DNA of 22,785 nt from contig JBARVL010000638.1 of assembly GCA_049646245.1 (NCBI GenBank), positions 1 through 22,785 of the forward strand, in the 5' to 3' direction. Below the pieces are notes generated by a model. That model was not told the origin of the DNA, did no database searches, and worked only from the letters and a program-made list of their open reading frames with translations. Made by a program: the position numbers and the translations under genes. The stretch is from Crinalium sp. GTDB taxonomy: Bacteria; Cyanobacteriota; Cyanobacteriia; Cyanobacteriales; PCC-9333. Below are positions 7,691-15,555 of this stretch, in pieces; the stretch's first letter is position 1; each line of letters starts with the position of its first letter.

Positions 7691-7936
7691 TCACACAGCG
7701 GCTTCCAGTTGAGCTAGGCGCTTTTTTAGCTTATCTAACGCTTCTTTTAACTGTTCAATCTCCTGTTGCTGCTCTTCTATGAGCTGCTATTTTTCCTTGA
7801 TTTTTTTTGTTGCTGTTTAAGCTGCTGCTGTTGCTTGAGTAGCCATTCTCCTATCAGCCGCACTGGAGATAGCCATTTCCTCTAATGCAATGGCTATCTC
7901 CATCGCTGGGTTTATCAGTACGGCTGTTTTGGGCAT
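7691..7936 (-). pseudogene. Decayed coiled-coil ORF remnant (possibly the N-terminal leucine-zipper part of a transposase or other mobile-element gene)
   Basis: The minus-strand reading starts MPKTAVLINPAMEIAIALEEMAIS... In another frame it continues LIGEWLLKQQQQLKQQQKK up to an A8 run (T8 at 7801-7808 on plus). After an in-frame TAG (7787-7789) it reads QLIEEQQQEIEQLKEALDKLKKRLAQLEAAV*. The remnant is interrupted by at least two frame changes and one stop. The transposase attribution is only a guess from the style of the sequence. Confidence 0.3.
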
Positions 7937-8046
7937 GAGAGCTACTATACTCTAGTTTCATTTTGGATTCAAACCCTTGCCACACTTGGTTCCTAGCAAG
8001 TTATGAGCCACCATTGGCGATACCGCAACTGCGTTGCGGTGAGCAG

Positions 8047-9030
8047 TTACACTTTGGGAGATAATTTAGCTTCAATCATACGTGTTGTAGGATATTTAAC
8101 ATTCCAAGCTAAACCAACTTTTTCTAAGCCAAAAATTATCCAGCCACTAATATCTATTTGCCACCATTTTAATCCAAAAATCGCTGAACTAGGAAAAGTA
8201 TGATGATTGTTATGCCATGATTCTCCTAGTGTAGGAATCGCCAACACAAAATTATTTTTGCTACTATCTTGACTTGCAAACATACGATTACCAAAAACAT
8301 GAGCAAACGAATTAACACTGAAAGTTATATGTTGTACTACAAAAACTCGGACAACCCCACCCCATAAGAATCCATAAAAAGCTCCTTCAAAGCTTCCCTT
8401 TAAAGCTCCCCCTAAAATAGTAGGAATGGCTAAACTTAAAAATATCCATAGAAAATAAAGCTGATTTAACTTAGATATTAATTTGTCACGCATTAAATCT
8501 GAAGCATAGTAGGCGGAGTTAGGAATTTTGTGCTTAAACATCCACCCAATGTGGGCGTACCATAGTCCTCGTAACAAAGCTAATTTACCTTCACATTCTA
8601 AATGAGGAGAGTGTGGATCATCATTTTGATCGCTATTTTCATGGTGGCGACGATGTACAGATACCCAATAAATCATGGGGCCTTGAGTAGCCATAGACCC
8701 TAATATAAGCAGCAAAAATTTTATAGGAGTAGTTGTCTCAAAACTATGATGAGCACAGTAGCGATGAAACCCTATTGTAATCCCAGTTGTAGTTAGAATC
8801 GACATCCCAAATAGCAATCCTATTTCTACTATGTCTATAGAATGGCCCTCAAATAAGAAATAGATAGCCAGGAGTACTCCTAATAGCGGTAGTAAGGTAA
8901 TACTTAAAGCAAGAATGAACCGTGCTGATTCAAGTTGAGTACTATTAATTGTTTTTTTAAAGTATTTAGGTGCAGTTTCTAAATTTTCAAATGTATTATT
9001 AACATCGGTTTGTGCAGAATCAAATGACAT
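8047..9030 (-). CDS. Membrane fatty-acid desaturase, delta-9 (stearoyl-CoA/acyl-lipid DesC-like) family
   Basis: Three histidine boxes sit in the delta-9 family context. They are GFHRYCAHHSF, WVSVHRRHHENSDQNDDPHSP..YAHIGWMF and GESWHNNHHTFPSSAIFGLKWWQID. Hydrophobic helices flank them. An SD aagagg lies upstream of ATG 9030, and the gene starts 29 nt downstream of the FAAL stop. Confidence 0.9.
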   Translation of the reverse strand: MSFDSAQTDVNNTFENLETAPKYFKKTINSTQLESARFILALSITLLPLLGVLLAIYFLFEGHSIDIVEIGLLFGMSILTTTGITIGFHRYCAHHSFETTTPIKFLLLILGSMATQGPMIYWVSVHRRHHENSDQNDDPHSPHLECEGKLALLRGLWYAHIGWMFKHKIPNSAYYASDLMRDKLISKLNQLYFLWIFLSLAIPTILGGALKGSFEGAFYGFLWGGVVRVFVVQHITFSVNSFAHVFGNRMFASQDSSKNNFVLAIPTLGESWHNNHHTFPSSAIFGLKWWQIDISGWIIFGLEKVGLAWNVKYPTTRMIEAKLSPKV

Positions 9031-9059
9031 TGTATTTACCTCTTAAAAAATATCTTAAG

Positions 9060-10973
9060 CTATTTATTTGTTGCCTGAAAACCAGAATTAACTATATCAA
9101 GCGTTCCAGCTAAAAACCCAGCCCGACACGCATATCGCTGGATTTTACCGCTAGAAGTTTTGGGCATAGCCCCCACATTGAGTAACAAAACTGCATAAAC
9201 TTGCAATCCATGATGAGTAGCTACTGCTTCACGAATAGAAGCTATAACTGTATTAAAATCAAATGGTGCGGACAATTCAGTATGACTTGTGGGTGCGACT
9301 TGCATTTGGCAGTGATCTAAAGATCTGCGCTCAACTTCTTTAGCACTCGCTGGTTGTTGCTGACGGCGATTGTGATATCTGTGTTCAACTTCAGTTATCA
9401 CTACTAACTGTTCTTTATCATCTATTTCTACTGTGAAAGCAGCAGTACGACCAGGTTGGGGGATTGCAAAGTGGCTTTGTTCTACTGTCACTTCAATATC
9501 TTGGGGATAGTGATTACAACCTCGAATGATAATCACATCCTTAAGTCTGCCTGTAATAAACAGTTCTCCATCTTGCCAAAAACCTAAATCTCCAGTTCGC
9601 AGAAACGGCCCTGCACCTGTATCTGCTAAGTATGCCTGAAAACTCTGTGCAGTTTGTTCTGGTTTATTCCAATATCCTTGAGCTACACTACCACCTGATG
9701 TCCAAATTTCTCCAACCTGTCCATCAGCGAGTTGCAGTTGAGTTTCAAGATCAACAATTATGACCTTTTGATCGCCCCAAGTATAACCACAACCCACAAG
9801 TTTACGGGCATTTACTTGGCCATCAATAGCAGCAATAACTTGGTTTTGCTTTAGAGCATTTGCATCTACAGTTTGCACTACCGGAGGTTTAGCTTTTGTT
9901 CCACCTGTAACAAACAGGGTAGATTCTGCCATGCCATAACAGGGATAAAATGCTTCTATCCGAAACCCACAATCAGCAAAAGTATCTGCAAATTGTTTTA
10001 AACTCTGTAACTGAATTGGTTCTGCACCATTGTATGCCAGATTCCAGCTACTCAAGTCAAGGTTAGCTTTTTGTTCTGGTTTAATCCTTTGTACACACAA
10101 TTCATAACTAAAATTAGGCCCGCCGCTACTGGTAGCTTGATAATCAGAAATTGCTTGTAACCAACGTAAAGGTTTCTGCAAAAAAGAAACTGGCGACATT
10201 AAAATAACTGGAAAGCCACCATAAAGAGGCTGAATTATGCCACCAAGTAGCCCCATGTCGTGATATTGAGGTAGCCAGCTTACTGCTACCCTATCTGAAG
10301 GATGCCTAAAGCTTTGATAAATTAATTCTGAATTTTGCAGCAAATTCCCTTGACTCACCATTACACCTTTAGGCGTACCTGTTGAACCAGACGTATATTG
10401 TAGAAATGCTAGTTGATCGCTACTAATTCTGAGTGGTTTCCAGTCGGCAGCCAAACTAATATCTACTGTATCTGTAGCCAGCCATTCTAATTGTGTAAGT
10501 GTGTTTTGGTCAGCGAATTTTTCTTTGATATAAGTTAGTTGAGCATTAATTGTTAGGGCAAATTTTGGTTGACAATCATTAATAATAGATTGCAACCTGC
10601 TGAGCGATTGATTGCGTCGAGGTGGATAAACTGGGACAGCGATGGCTCCTGCATATAAACACCCCAAAAATGCGCTAATAAATTCTAGCCCTGGTGGATG
10701 TAGCAACAAGACTCGCTCTCCATGCGCTTGTGCTGCTTGAATCATGGTCGCAATACTCAGCGCTTGTTGCTCTAACATTTGATAGGTTAAACTAGCTTTT
10801 TCTGCTTTTCCGTCTTTAAGAAATACAAACCCAGTTTGATGTGGTTGATAGAAACTCCTATATTGTAATAGTTCAATTAAATTAGCGAATTTTAATTTTG
10901 TAGAGGATGGCAAGCTGGAAGAAATAGGCATAAAGTAACCATTGTATAAATAGAAAAGATAATCTTTCACCAC
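9060..10973 (-). CDS. Fatty acyl-AMP ligase (FAAL, FadD32-like adenylating enzyme)
   Basis: Adenylation motifs present are YTSGSTGTPKGV, YGMAE, GEIWTSGGSVAQGYW, FLRTGDLGF and KTSSGKIQR. GRLKDVIIIRGCNHYPQDIE is typical of FAALs. The N-terminal FANLIELLQYRSFYQPHQTGFVFL also follows the FAAL pattern. The track start is GTG 10973, and ATG 10931 (MPISSSL...) is an equally plausible start. Confidence 0.9.
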   Translation of the reverse strand: MVKDYLFYLYNGYFMPISSSLPSSTKLKFANLIELLQYRSFYQPHQTGFVFLKDGKAEKASLTYQMLEQQALSIATMIQAAQAHGERVLLLHPPGLEFISAFLGCLYAGAIAVPVYPPRRNQSLSRLQSIINDCQPKFALTINAQLTYIKEKFADQNTLTQLEWLATDTVDISLAADWKPLRISSDQLAFLQYTSGSTGTPKGVMVSQGNLLQNSELIYQSFRHPSDRVAVSWLPQYHDMGLLGGIIQPLYGGFPVILMSPVSFLQKPLRWLQAISDYQATSSGGPNFSYELCVQRIKPEQKANLDLSSWNLAYNGAEPIQLQSLKQFADTFADCGFRIEAFYPCYGMAESTLFVTGGTKAKPPVVQTVDANALKQNQVIAAIDGQVNARKLVGCGYTWGDQKVIIVDLETQLQLADGQVGEIWTSGGSVAQGYWNKPEQTAQSFQAYLADTGAGPFLRTGDLGFWQDGELFITGRLKDVIIIRGCNHYPQDIEVTVEQSHFAIPQPGRTAAFTVEIDDKEQLVVITEVEHRYHNRRQQQPASAKEVERRSLDHCQMQVAPTSHTELSAPFDFNTVIASIREAVATHHGLQVYAVLLLNVGAMPKTSSGKIQRYACRAGFLAGTLDIVNSGFQATNK

Positions 10974-11061
10974 TTCTCAATATTTTAAAAAATTTCTTGG
11001 AGTAGTGCATTTTTGCACTGATATAAGAAAAGATGGCCTCCAGAAAACACCCTCTAAAAAC

Positions 11062-11748
11062 TTACGAATTGAGTTTTGCTGAAATATACTCAAATGGTAG
11101 CTTGGCAAGATATATCTCTTTTGGAATGTCAATATCCGGTATACATAAGCATATTTCTAAATGATGCTCATGAGAACGATAATTTTCATGAACTTTATAC
11201 AGAGGCATAAGTTTTATCTTGCGAATTCTAACATTGAAAGTCTTAGCAAAATTAAAAATTGATGAACTTCCGGAAGCAACAATAACGTGAGGCTCTTTTT
11301 CATTAATATGCAGAAAATCTTGAGAAAGAGCAGCAGATAATAAAACTTCTGCAATTTTCTTACTTCGCCACTCTTTTTTAACAACCCATTTGGTCAGTTC
11401 TCTTACTTTCCCTGAAAATCTATCGCTTGCTTTTGCTTGTATTAAAACTTCTCTTATATCTTCTTCAGTTAAATTACCATATTTCTCTACATTGGTACCA
11501 GCAGTATATAAACCTACTGTACCTACTAATATTTCACAAGATAGCGCCATTAAATAGTATTGAGGGTAAGATTCAATCTTAGCTTCAGGATCAGAAATAA
11601 AATCTGAAAAAGTAATACCATATTGTTGATAGTAAATTTCTGAAATTAAAGTTTTGCATTGATTAATTTCAGACAATGTTTTTGCCACTTTAATTAATAT
11701 TTTACCTCGTTCATTTGATTCTAGTGGTTTTATATTATCCTGATTCAT
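11062..11748 (-). CDS. GNAT-fold acyltransferase resembling N-acyl amino acid synthases / LuxI-OlsB-type acyl-ACP-dependent N-acyltransferases
   Basis: The ORF is solid (228 aa, operon context). Function is inferred only from loose pattern similarity to that superfamily: CKTLISEIYYQQYGI (a..lR..vY...lG-type helix), YYLMALSCEILVGTVGLYT and VRELTKWVVKKEWRSKKIAEVLLSAAL (E-[ST]-[RK]-x-[AV]V-x-x-x-x-R segment). It needs an HMM check. Confidence 0.5.
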   Translation of the reverse strand: MNQDNIKPLESNERGKILIKVAKTLSEINQCKTLISEIYYQQYGITFSDFISDPEAKIESYPQYYLMALSCEILVGTVGLYTAGTNVEKYGNLTEEDIREVLIQAKASDRFSGKVRELTKWVVKKEWRSKKIAEVLLSAALSQDFLHINEKEPHVIVASGSSSIFNFAKTFNVRIRKIKLMPLYKVHENYRSHEHHLEICLCIPDIDIPKEIYLAKLPFEYISAKLNS

Positions 11749-11999
11749 ATTGTTTTTTTTGTGAAGGATATACTAAAATTCACACAACTAAAGTAGAAAT
11801 ACAGCCGGGGTACGTACAAATTGAAATACTTTGCAAAACGTCGAAAATGGGGGTATGGCGAAGTAAGTGCGAAATCAAATCCATTATAAAAAATAATTGC
11901 AAAAGCCTTTTTAAAATTTACTAAGTTACCCAAGGATGATAAAAAGCTTTTTCCATTAGCTCCCACGTTTTTAACCTTTTTGTACCGATCTTCTGTCAT
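11745..11999 (-). CDS. Possible small ORF (84 aa from ATG 11999; 87 aa from TTG 12008), translationally coupled to the acyltransferase gene
   Basis: It fills the whole MT-acyltransferase gap. It starts 8-17 nt after the MT stop (12016), and its TGA overlaps the downstream ATG as ATGA (11748-11745). The composition is Phe/Tyr/Lys/Asn-rich, as expected from random translation of AT-rich DNA, so it may be spurious. Confidence 0.2.
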   Translation of the reverse strand: MTEDRYKKVKNVGANGKSFLSSLGNLVNFKKAFAIIFYNGFDFALTSPYPHFRRFAKYFNLYVPRLYFYFSCVNFSISFTKKTI

Positions 12000-12015
12000 C
12001 TTGCTCAACCTATTT

Positions 12016-13014
12016 CTAGTGTTTTTTTTGTAATTTAATCAATAATGTAAGACCTGTAGGATCTCGTTCAATACTCAGGTTTATATTATTACTCTCCCCT
12101 ATATTGCTTACTAAGCGGTGAATATCAGCTTCACTTCGTTCAATAATATGCCAATCACCTAAGTATTCCATTAAAAGTCGGTCTGGATTTCCAGGCGCTA
12201 TGTTAGTAAAGTAAAGTGAGCCGTCATTATGTAACAATTTGACGAGTTTTGGTATAAGCCACTCAATTTGACGCTCTGTAAGATAATCAAATAAGCCACC
12301 AGCAAAAATCAAATGGAAAAATTGGTGTTCACTAAATTTACGAATTGACCGGAAAACATCACCTGGAATGAGAGTAATCCTGGAAGACAAACTTTCTAGA
12401 TTGTAGAGTGAATACCGTAAGGCTTCTAAATCTGCATCGTTGAGAAAGAAGTGAGTACCTGTTGGCTTGACGAATTTTTGAATACTTCGGATATCTCTAC
12501 AGCTACCACACGCAATAGAAAGAATACGCGCATTATCATTTGATAAGGAACTTTCGGCAATACATTGAGCTTGCCATTGCACTTTGTTTCGATGCTGTTG
12601 AGCAACTACACTTCTAAGTGCTTGATGATCTAAGTAGAAAGCTGGAGTATTAGGAGCAGCCTTAACGGAGTTATTACAAATATATTCAATAGTTTCAAAA
12701 TCTCCAGGATATCCTCTTGGCCATGTCTGGGTACGAGCAATCAATGGTGATTGGCTGAGAAGTAATCGTGCTGGTTCGATTGCTGTAAGTATTTCAGATC
12801 GCGATAGTTGCATATTTTCAGCTTCTCTAATAGCTGCACATAGTATATGCACGCAGGAAGCCATACGATAATATGCAATGAGGGAATCGGTCGGAAGGTT
12901 GGAAGCTAAATTTAAAAGATCAACAACAGTCTCTTGAAGCGTTTTGAACATAGATAATATTACTGATTGATTGGGAGTGAACACTGAAGAATCGGTTACA
13001 TAATCATCATTCAT
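12016..13014 (-). CDS. Class I SAM-dependent methyltransferase with N-terminal helical domain
   Basis: Motif I is ILSIACGSCRDI, and post-I is FFLNDAD with its acidic residue. Motif II is FHLIFAGGLFDYL and motif III is LLHNDGSLYFTNI. The ~150-aa N-terminal extension is unassigned. It is the first gene of the minus-strand operon. Confidence 0.7.
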   Translation of the reverse strand: MNDDYVTDSSVFTPNQSVILSMFKTLQETVVDLLNLASNLPTDSLIAYYRMASCVHILCAAIREAENMQLSRSEILTAIEPARLLLSQSPLIARTQTWPRGYPGDFETIEYICNNSVKAAPNTPAFYLDHQALRSVVAQQHRNKVQWQAQCIAESSLSNDNARILSIACGSCRDIRSIQKFVKPTGTHFFLNDADLEALRYSLYNLESLSSRITLIPGDVFRSIRKFSEHQFFHLIFAGGLFDYLTERQIEWLIPKLVKLLHNDGSLYFTNIAPGNPDRLLMEYLGDWHIIERSEADIHRLVSNIGESNNINLSIERDPTGLTLLIKLQKKH

Positions 13015-13260
13015 TTTTTTAATTGTGGTATTTTTGTAAAATTTTTGAAATGCTAATTAATCCAGATTTTTTTACCGTAAAACCCCTAATTTTTGTTGCC
13101 AGAAACAAGAAAGTTTCTGTATTTTTATTGAGAGTTAGCCTAGTGGTTGAGGCAGCAAAGTTCTACTGCTTATAAACATATAAAAACTTTTAAGGTAAAG
13201 CATTATGGTATTGAGCCTCTTATAAGTGTAAAAAAGTGCAATATAAATTTTGGAACCTCG

Positions 13261-13569
13261 TCACTGTCTATTTACTACTAATCCAAATAGAAAACCCATT
13301 TGGTGGGCAAAAACAAATCCTCCAATAACTATGAATGGAATCGCTATAAGTATTGGCGACCAGTTATCTGATTCTGGAACCTCTTGAGAATTATCTGGTT
13401 GGGGGATTTGTGCAATTAAGTTTGGCGATTGAGTTAGAGAAATTGGGGTGAGGTTAGTGGGAGGCAGGTTGATATAGTTAGCTGATGCGGGAGTGGTTTC
13501 TAAAGCTGCTAGTAGGGATATTGCTAGGGGTAAGGTTTTTCCTAATCGGGATAAGTGATTTTTTTTCAT
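13261..13569 (-). CDS. Small secreted protein with C-terminal membrane anchor
   Basis: It has a signal peptide (MKKNHLSRLGKTLPLAISLLAALETTPASA), a Pro-rich linker and a C-terminal hydrophobic stretch (PILIAIPFIVIGGFVFA...FLFGLVV) ending in NRQ. Confidence 0.6.
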   Translation of the reverse strand: MKKNHLSRLGKTLPLAISLLAALETTPASANYINLPPTNLTPISLTQSPNLIAQIPQPDNSQEVPESDNWSPILIAIPFIVIGGFVFAHQMGFLFGLVVNRQ

Positions 13570-13881
13570 GGCTTGTGTGTTGATATATTACGATGAGAGT
13601 GCGCTTGCGCGACCCGACCTGTCGGCGCTTCGCTATCGCACATCTGGTCAGTTCGCACGTAATGGAAAGCGATAACATACGCTTTTCATTACAAATAGGA
13701 TGAATTTTCCCAATTTTTTACAAAAGTTTACTTATCACTGTTTTGGCTATTCAAAAAGCCTCGTAACTAGCCCAAACATCACACATATTAGGAGTTAGTT
13801 ACTTGACAAGCAGAATAGCACCAGTACAAGGAAGCTGCTATAACCTAATATTTCTGAGTTAATTCAACCTATGCAGATTTT

Positions 13882-15180
13882 TTACGATTCACCAATTAAG
13901 GTAAAAGCTGCCCAGTCTTTTGGATGAGGATACAGCTTACGGGTTGCTAGCATCGCCATTCTCAAAGCATTGGCTTTATCTGGATTTTGTTGCAGATTGC
14001 GGTAAAATTCAACCATTAATAAATTTGTCGCGCGATCGCTTACACTCCACAAAGAACCGATCGCACTTGTCGCCCCGGCTGCAATAAAAGCGCGTGATAA
14101 ACCAATAACACCATCTGCTGTAATTCGCCCTGTTGCACTCTCGCTACCACTCAAGACAACTAAATCAGCACTGAGTTTCATCTTCATTATTTCACTAGCT
14201 GTGAGTAAGCCATTATCATTACCTTCAGGAGCCAAAACAATTGCGCCAGGTACATCTTGTTCTTGAAAATTATTGAGTGTATGGGTTGCTAAATGAATAA
14301 TATTAGCTTGAGCTAATCGTTTGACAACAGCAGATTTGGTGGCTGCCTTACCTGTAAGAGCTTGGGTATTATAGAAACGTGCGATCGCATTAGCTTCTTC
14401 TTCGGTACCTGGTAAAGAAGGTAACTGCTGAGGCGGTTCACCAATTTGAAATGGCACACTGGGCATAGTAGGATTACCTACTATTAAAACATCATTATTT
14501 TCCGGTTTTCTGCGTTGTTTTCTTTGGTAAGTTAAATCTAAAACTTGGATAGAAGGAGCCGTAGAAATAGTATGTCGATCTATTAAGTATTTACCGCTTT
14601 GATCTGGCAATGCTGGAAATGGAACCAAGAACAGCGATCCTTGGGGAATGAAGATGACATGAGCATCTACCTCAGTTGGTAAGAGATTTGCGATCGGCTC
14701 AATTAATAGTTGATGTAGTTGCTTTAAGCTATTGTTTTCACTATCTCTTTCATTGGGTTGTATTCTAAAAATACCTTTTAATCTTCTATTTCTGATCCCA
14801 GATTCATTCCGGCTATTATCAATCAATTCTTCTAGAGAAACCTTTTGTTTTGACAATAAAGATTTCAGATCGACACGGCGTAATGCTATTTTACCTGTGG
14901 GATTAATTACCCAGATTAGTAGTTCTGACGAGGAATTAACTTTTTTACCGTTAACTAAGGAACTATCCTCAATAATCGAGTATTGTACCAAGGTCGCTTT
15001 GTGTTGAGATGCAACTCTTTTGATTAGCTCGACTGTAGGTGAATTAACGGCTAGTTGCTCTGTTGTTATGGTTTGAGTTAATCCTTGTGTTATGCCCAAA
15101 GCGGGAAAATCAAGGGGAAAAAGCGCACTTATAGCTACCATAACACTAATAAGCGGGAAGAGTTTAATGAGACGTTGCAT
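13882..15180 (-). CDS. Secreted CHAT-domain protein (caspase-like fold) with Ser in place of the expected catalytic Cys
   Basis: An N-terminal signal-like helix is present. The C-terminal CHAT signature is IIHLATHT (His box), LVVLSGSESATG (where typical family members have LSAC.T.G) and GVIGLSRAFIAAGATSAIGSLWSVSD. The Cys-equivalent codon is AGC at 14143-14145. Confidence 0.9.
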   Translation of the reverse strand: MQRLIKLFPLISVMVAISALFPLDFPALGITQGLTQTITTEQLAVNSPTVELIKRVASQHKATLVQYSIIEDSSLVNGKKVNSSSELLIWVINPTGKIALRRVDLKSLLSKQKVSLEELIDNSRNESGIRNRRLKGIFRIQPNERDSENNSLKQLHQLLIEPIANLLPTEVDAHVIFIPQGSLFLVPFPALPDQSGKYLIDRHTISTAPSIQVLDLTYQRKQRRKPENNDVLIVGNPTMPSVPFQIGEPPQQLPSLPGTEEEANAIARFYNTQALTGKAATKSAVVKRLAQANIIHLATHTLNNFQEQDVPGAIVLAPEGNDNGLLTASEIMKMKLSADLVVLSGSESATGRITADGVIGLSRAFIAAGATSAIGSLWSVSDRATNLLMVEFYRNLQQNPDKANALRMAMLATRKLYPHPKDWAAFTLIGES

Positions 15181-15446
15181 AACCTCTTTTTTGGCATGAG
15201 TTGGGTGCTATTTAATCTATATCTCTCAGCAACGCAGAGGTATGCACACGTAACGGTAGCATTTCTAGTGTGTCAGAACCTTGATCGACAAACAAATTGC
15301 GAGATAATCAATTTTTGATGTGCGTATAAAATGGACAAGTGGCTTTGTTAGCGAAATTTTTTCTGGTTACGAGATACACTACTCCACAATTACAGTGTAT
15401 AGCTGGCAATTTATTCTTGCTCATCATCAATTTCTACCTCTGTGGT

Positions 15447-15464
15447 ACAAATTGATCTATTTGT
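15447..15464. promoter_or_regulatory. Perfect 6-6-6 palindrome ACAAAT-TGATCT-ATTTGT in the divergent intergenic region
   Basis: Seen directly in the sequence. It lies ~300 bp upstream of the sbnA-like start and ~270 bp upstream of the CHAT start. It is the size and shape of a dimeric transcription-factor site, but no known consensus is assigned. Confidence 0.2.
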
Positions 15465-15510
15465 GATCCCTATAGCGAAGCCAACCCGTAGGTATAGCAC
15501 TTTGAAAAAC

Positions 15511-15555
15511 TGCATAAGTCCCCAAGTGCTAGAAATATGTGGTTTTAGTAGGGAA
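15511..15555 (+). repeat. Copy A of ~45-bp direct repeat TGCATAAGT-N9-C(C/T)AGAAATATGTGG(A/T)TTTAGTAGGG(G)AA
   Basis: The sequence is tgcataagtccccaagtgctagaaatatgtggttttagtagggaa. It has the same spacing as copy B and an almost identical 3' half. It lies ~210 bp upstream of the sbnA-like start. Confidence 0.65.

Noticed and set aside
8003-8203. Short edge or intergenic ORFs 8003..8203 (+), 11715..11924 (+), 13478..13678 (-), 15085..15318 (+), 19349..19537 (-) and 20836..21024 (-)
   Set aside because: They overlap the ends of well-supported genes on the other strand, or run through repeat or intergenic DNA (20836..21024 spans repeat copy B). They have no ribosome-binding context or motifs.
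13100-13129. Perfect hairpin cagaaac-aagaaa-gtttctg followed by tatttttatt (intrinsic-terminator shape on the plus strand)
   Set aside because: There is no plus-strand gene upstream to terminate. In the minus orientation (downstream of 13261..13569) the hairpin is followed by an A-rich, not U-rich, tract. It may be a protein-binding palindrome in the methyltransferase promoter region, but I cannot support a call.
13261-13569. PEP-CTERM sorting signal at the C-terminus of the small secreted protein (VPESDNWS + hydrophobic stretch + NRQ)
   Set aside because: The motif is PES rather than PEP. The distance from the motif to the end (~38 aa) is longer than canonical, the basic cluster is a single Arg, and no exosortase gene is in the window.
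15303-15319. Fur-box-like AT-rich string GATAATCAATTTTTGAT in the CHAT/sbnA intergenic region
   Set aside because: Only the first hexamer matches the GATAAT repeat of the Fur consensus. The rest is generic AT-rich sequence, and it lies ~450 bp from the sbnA-like start, so I do not call it a binding site.
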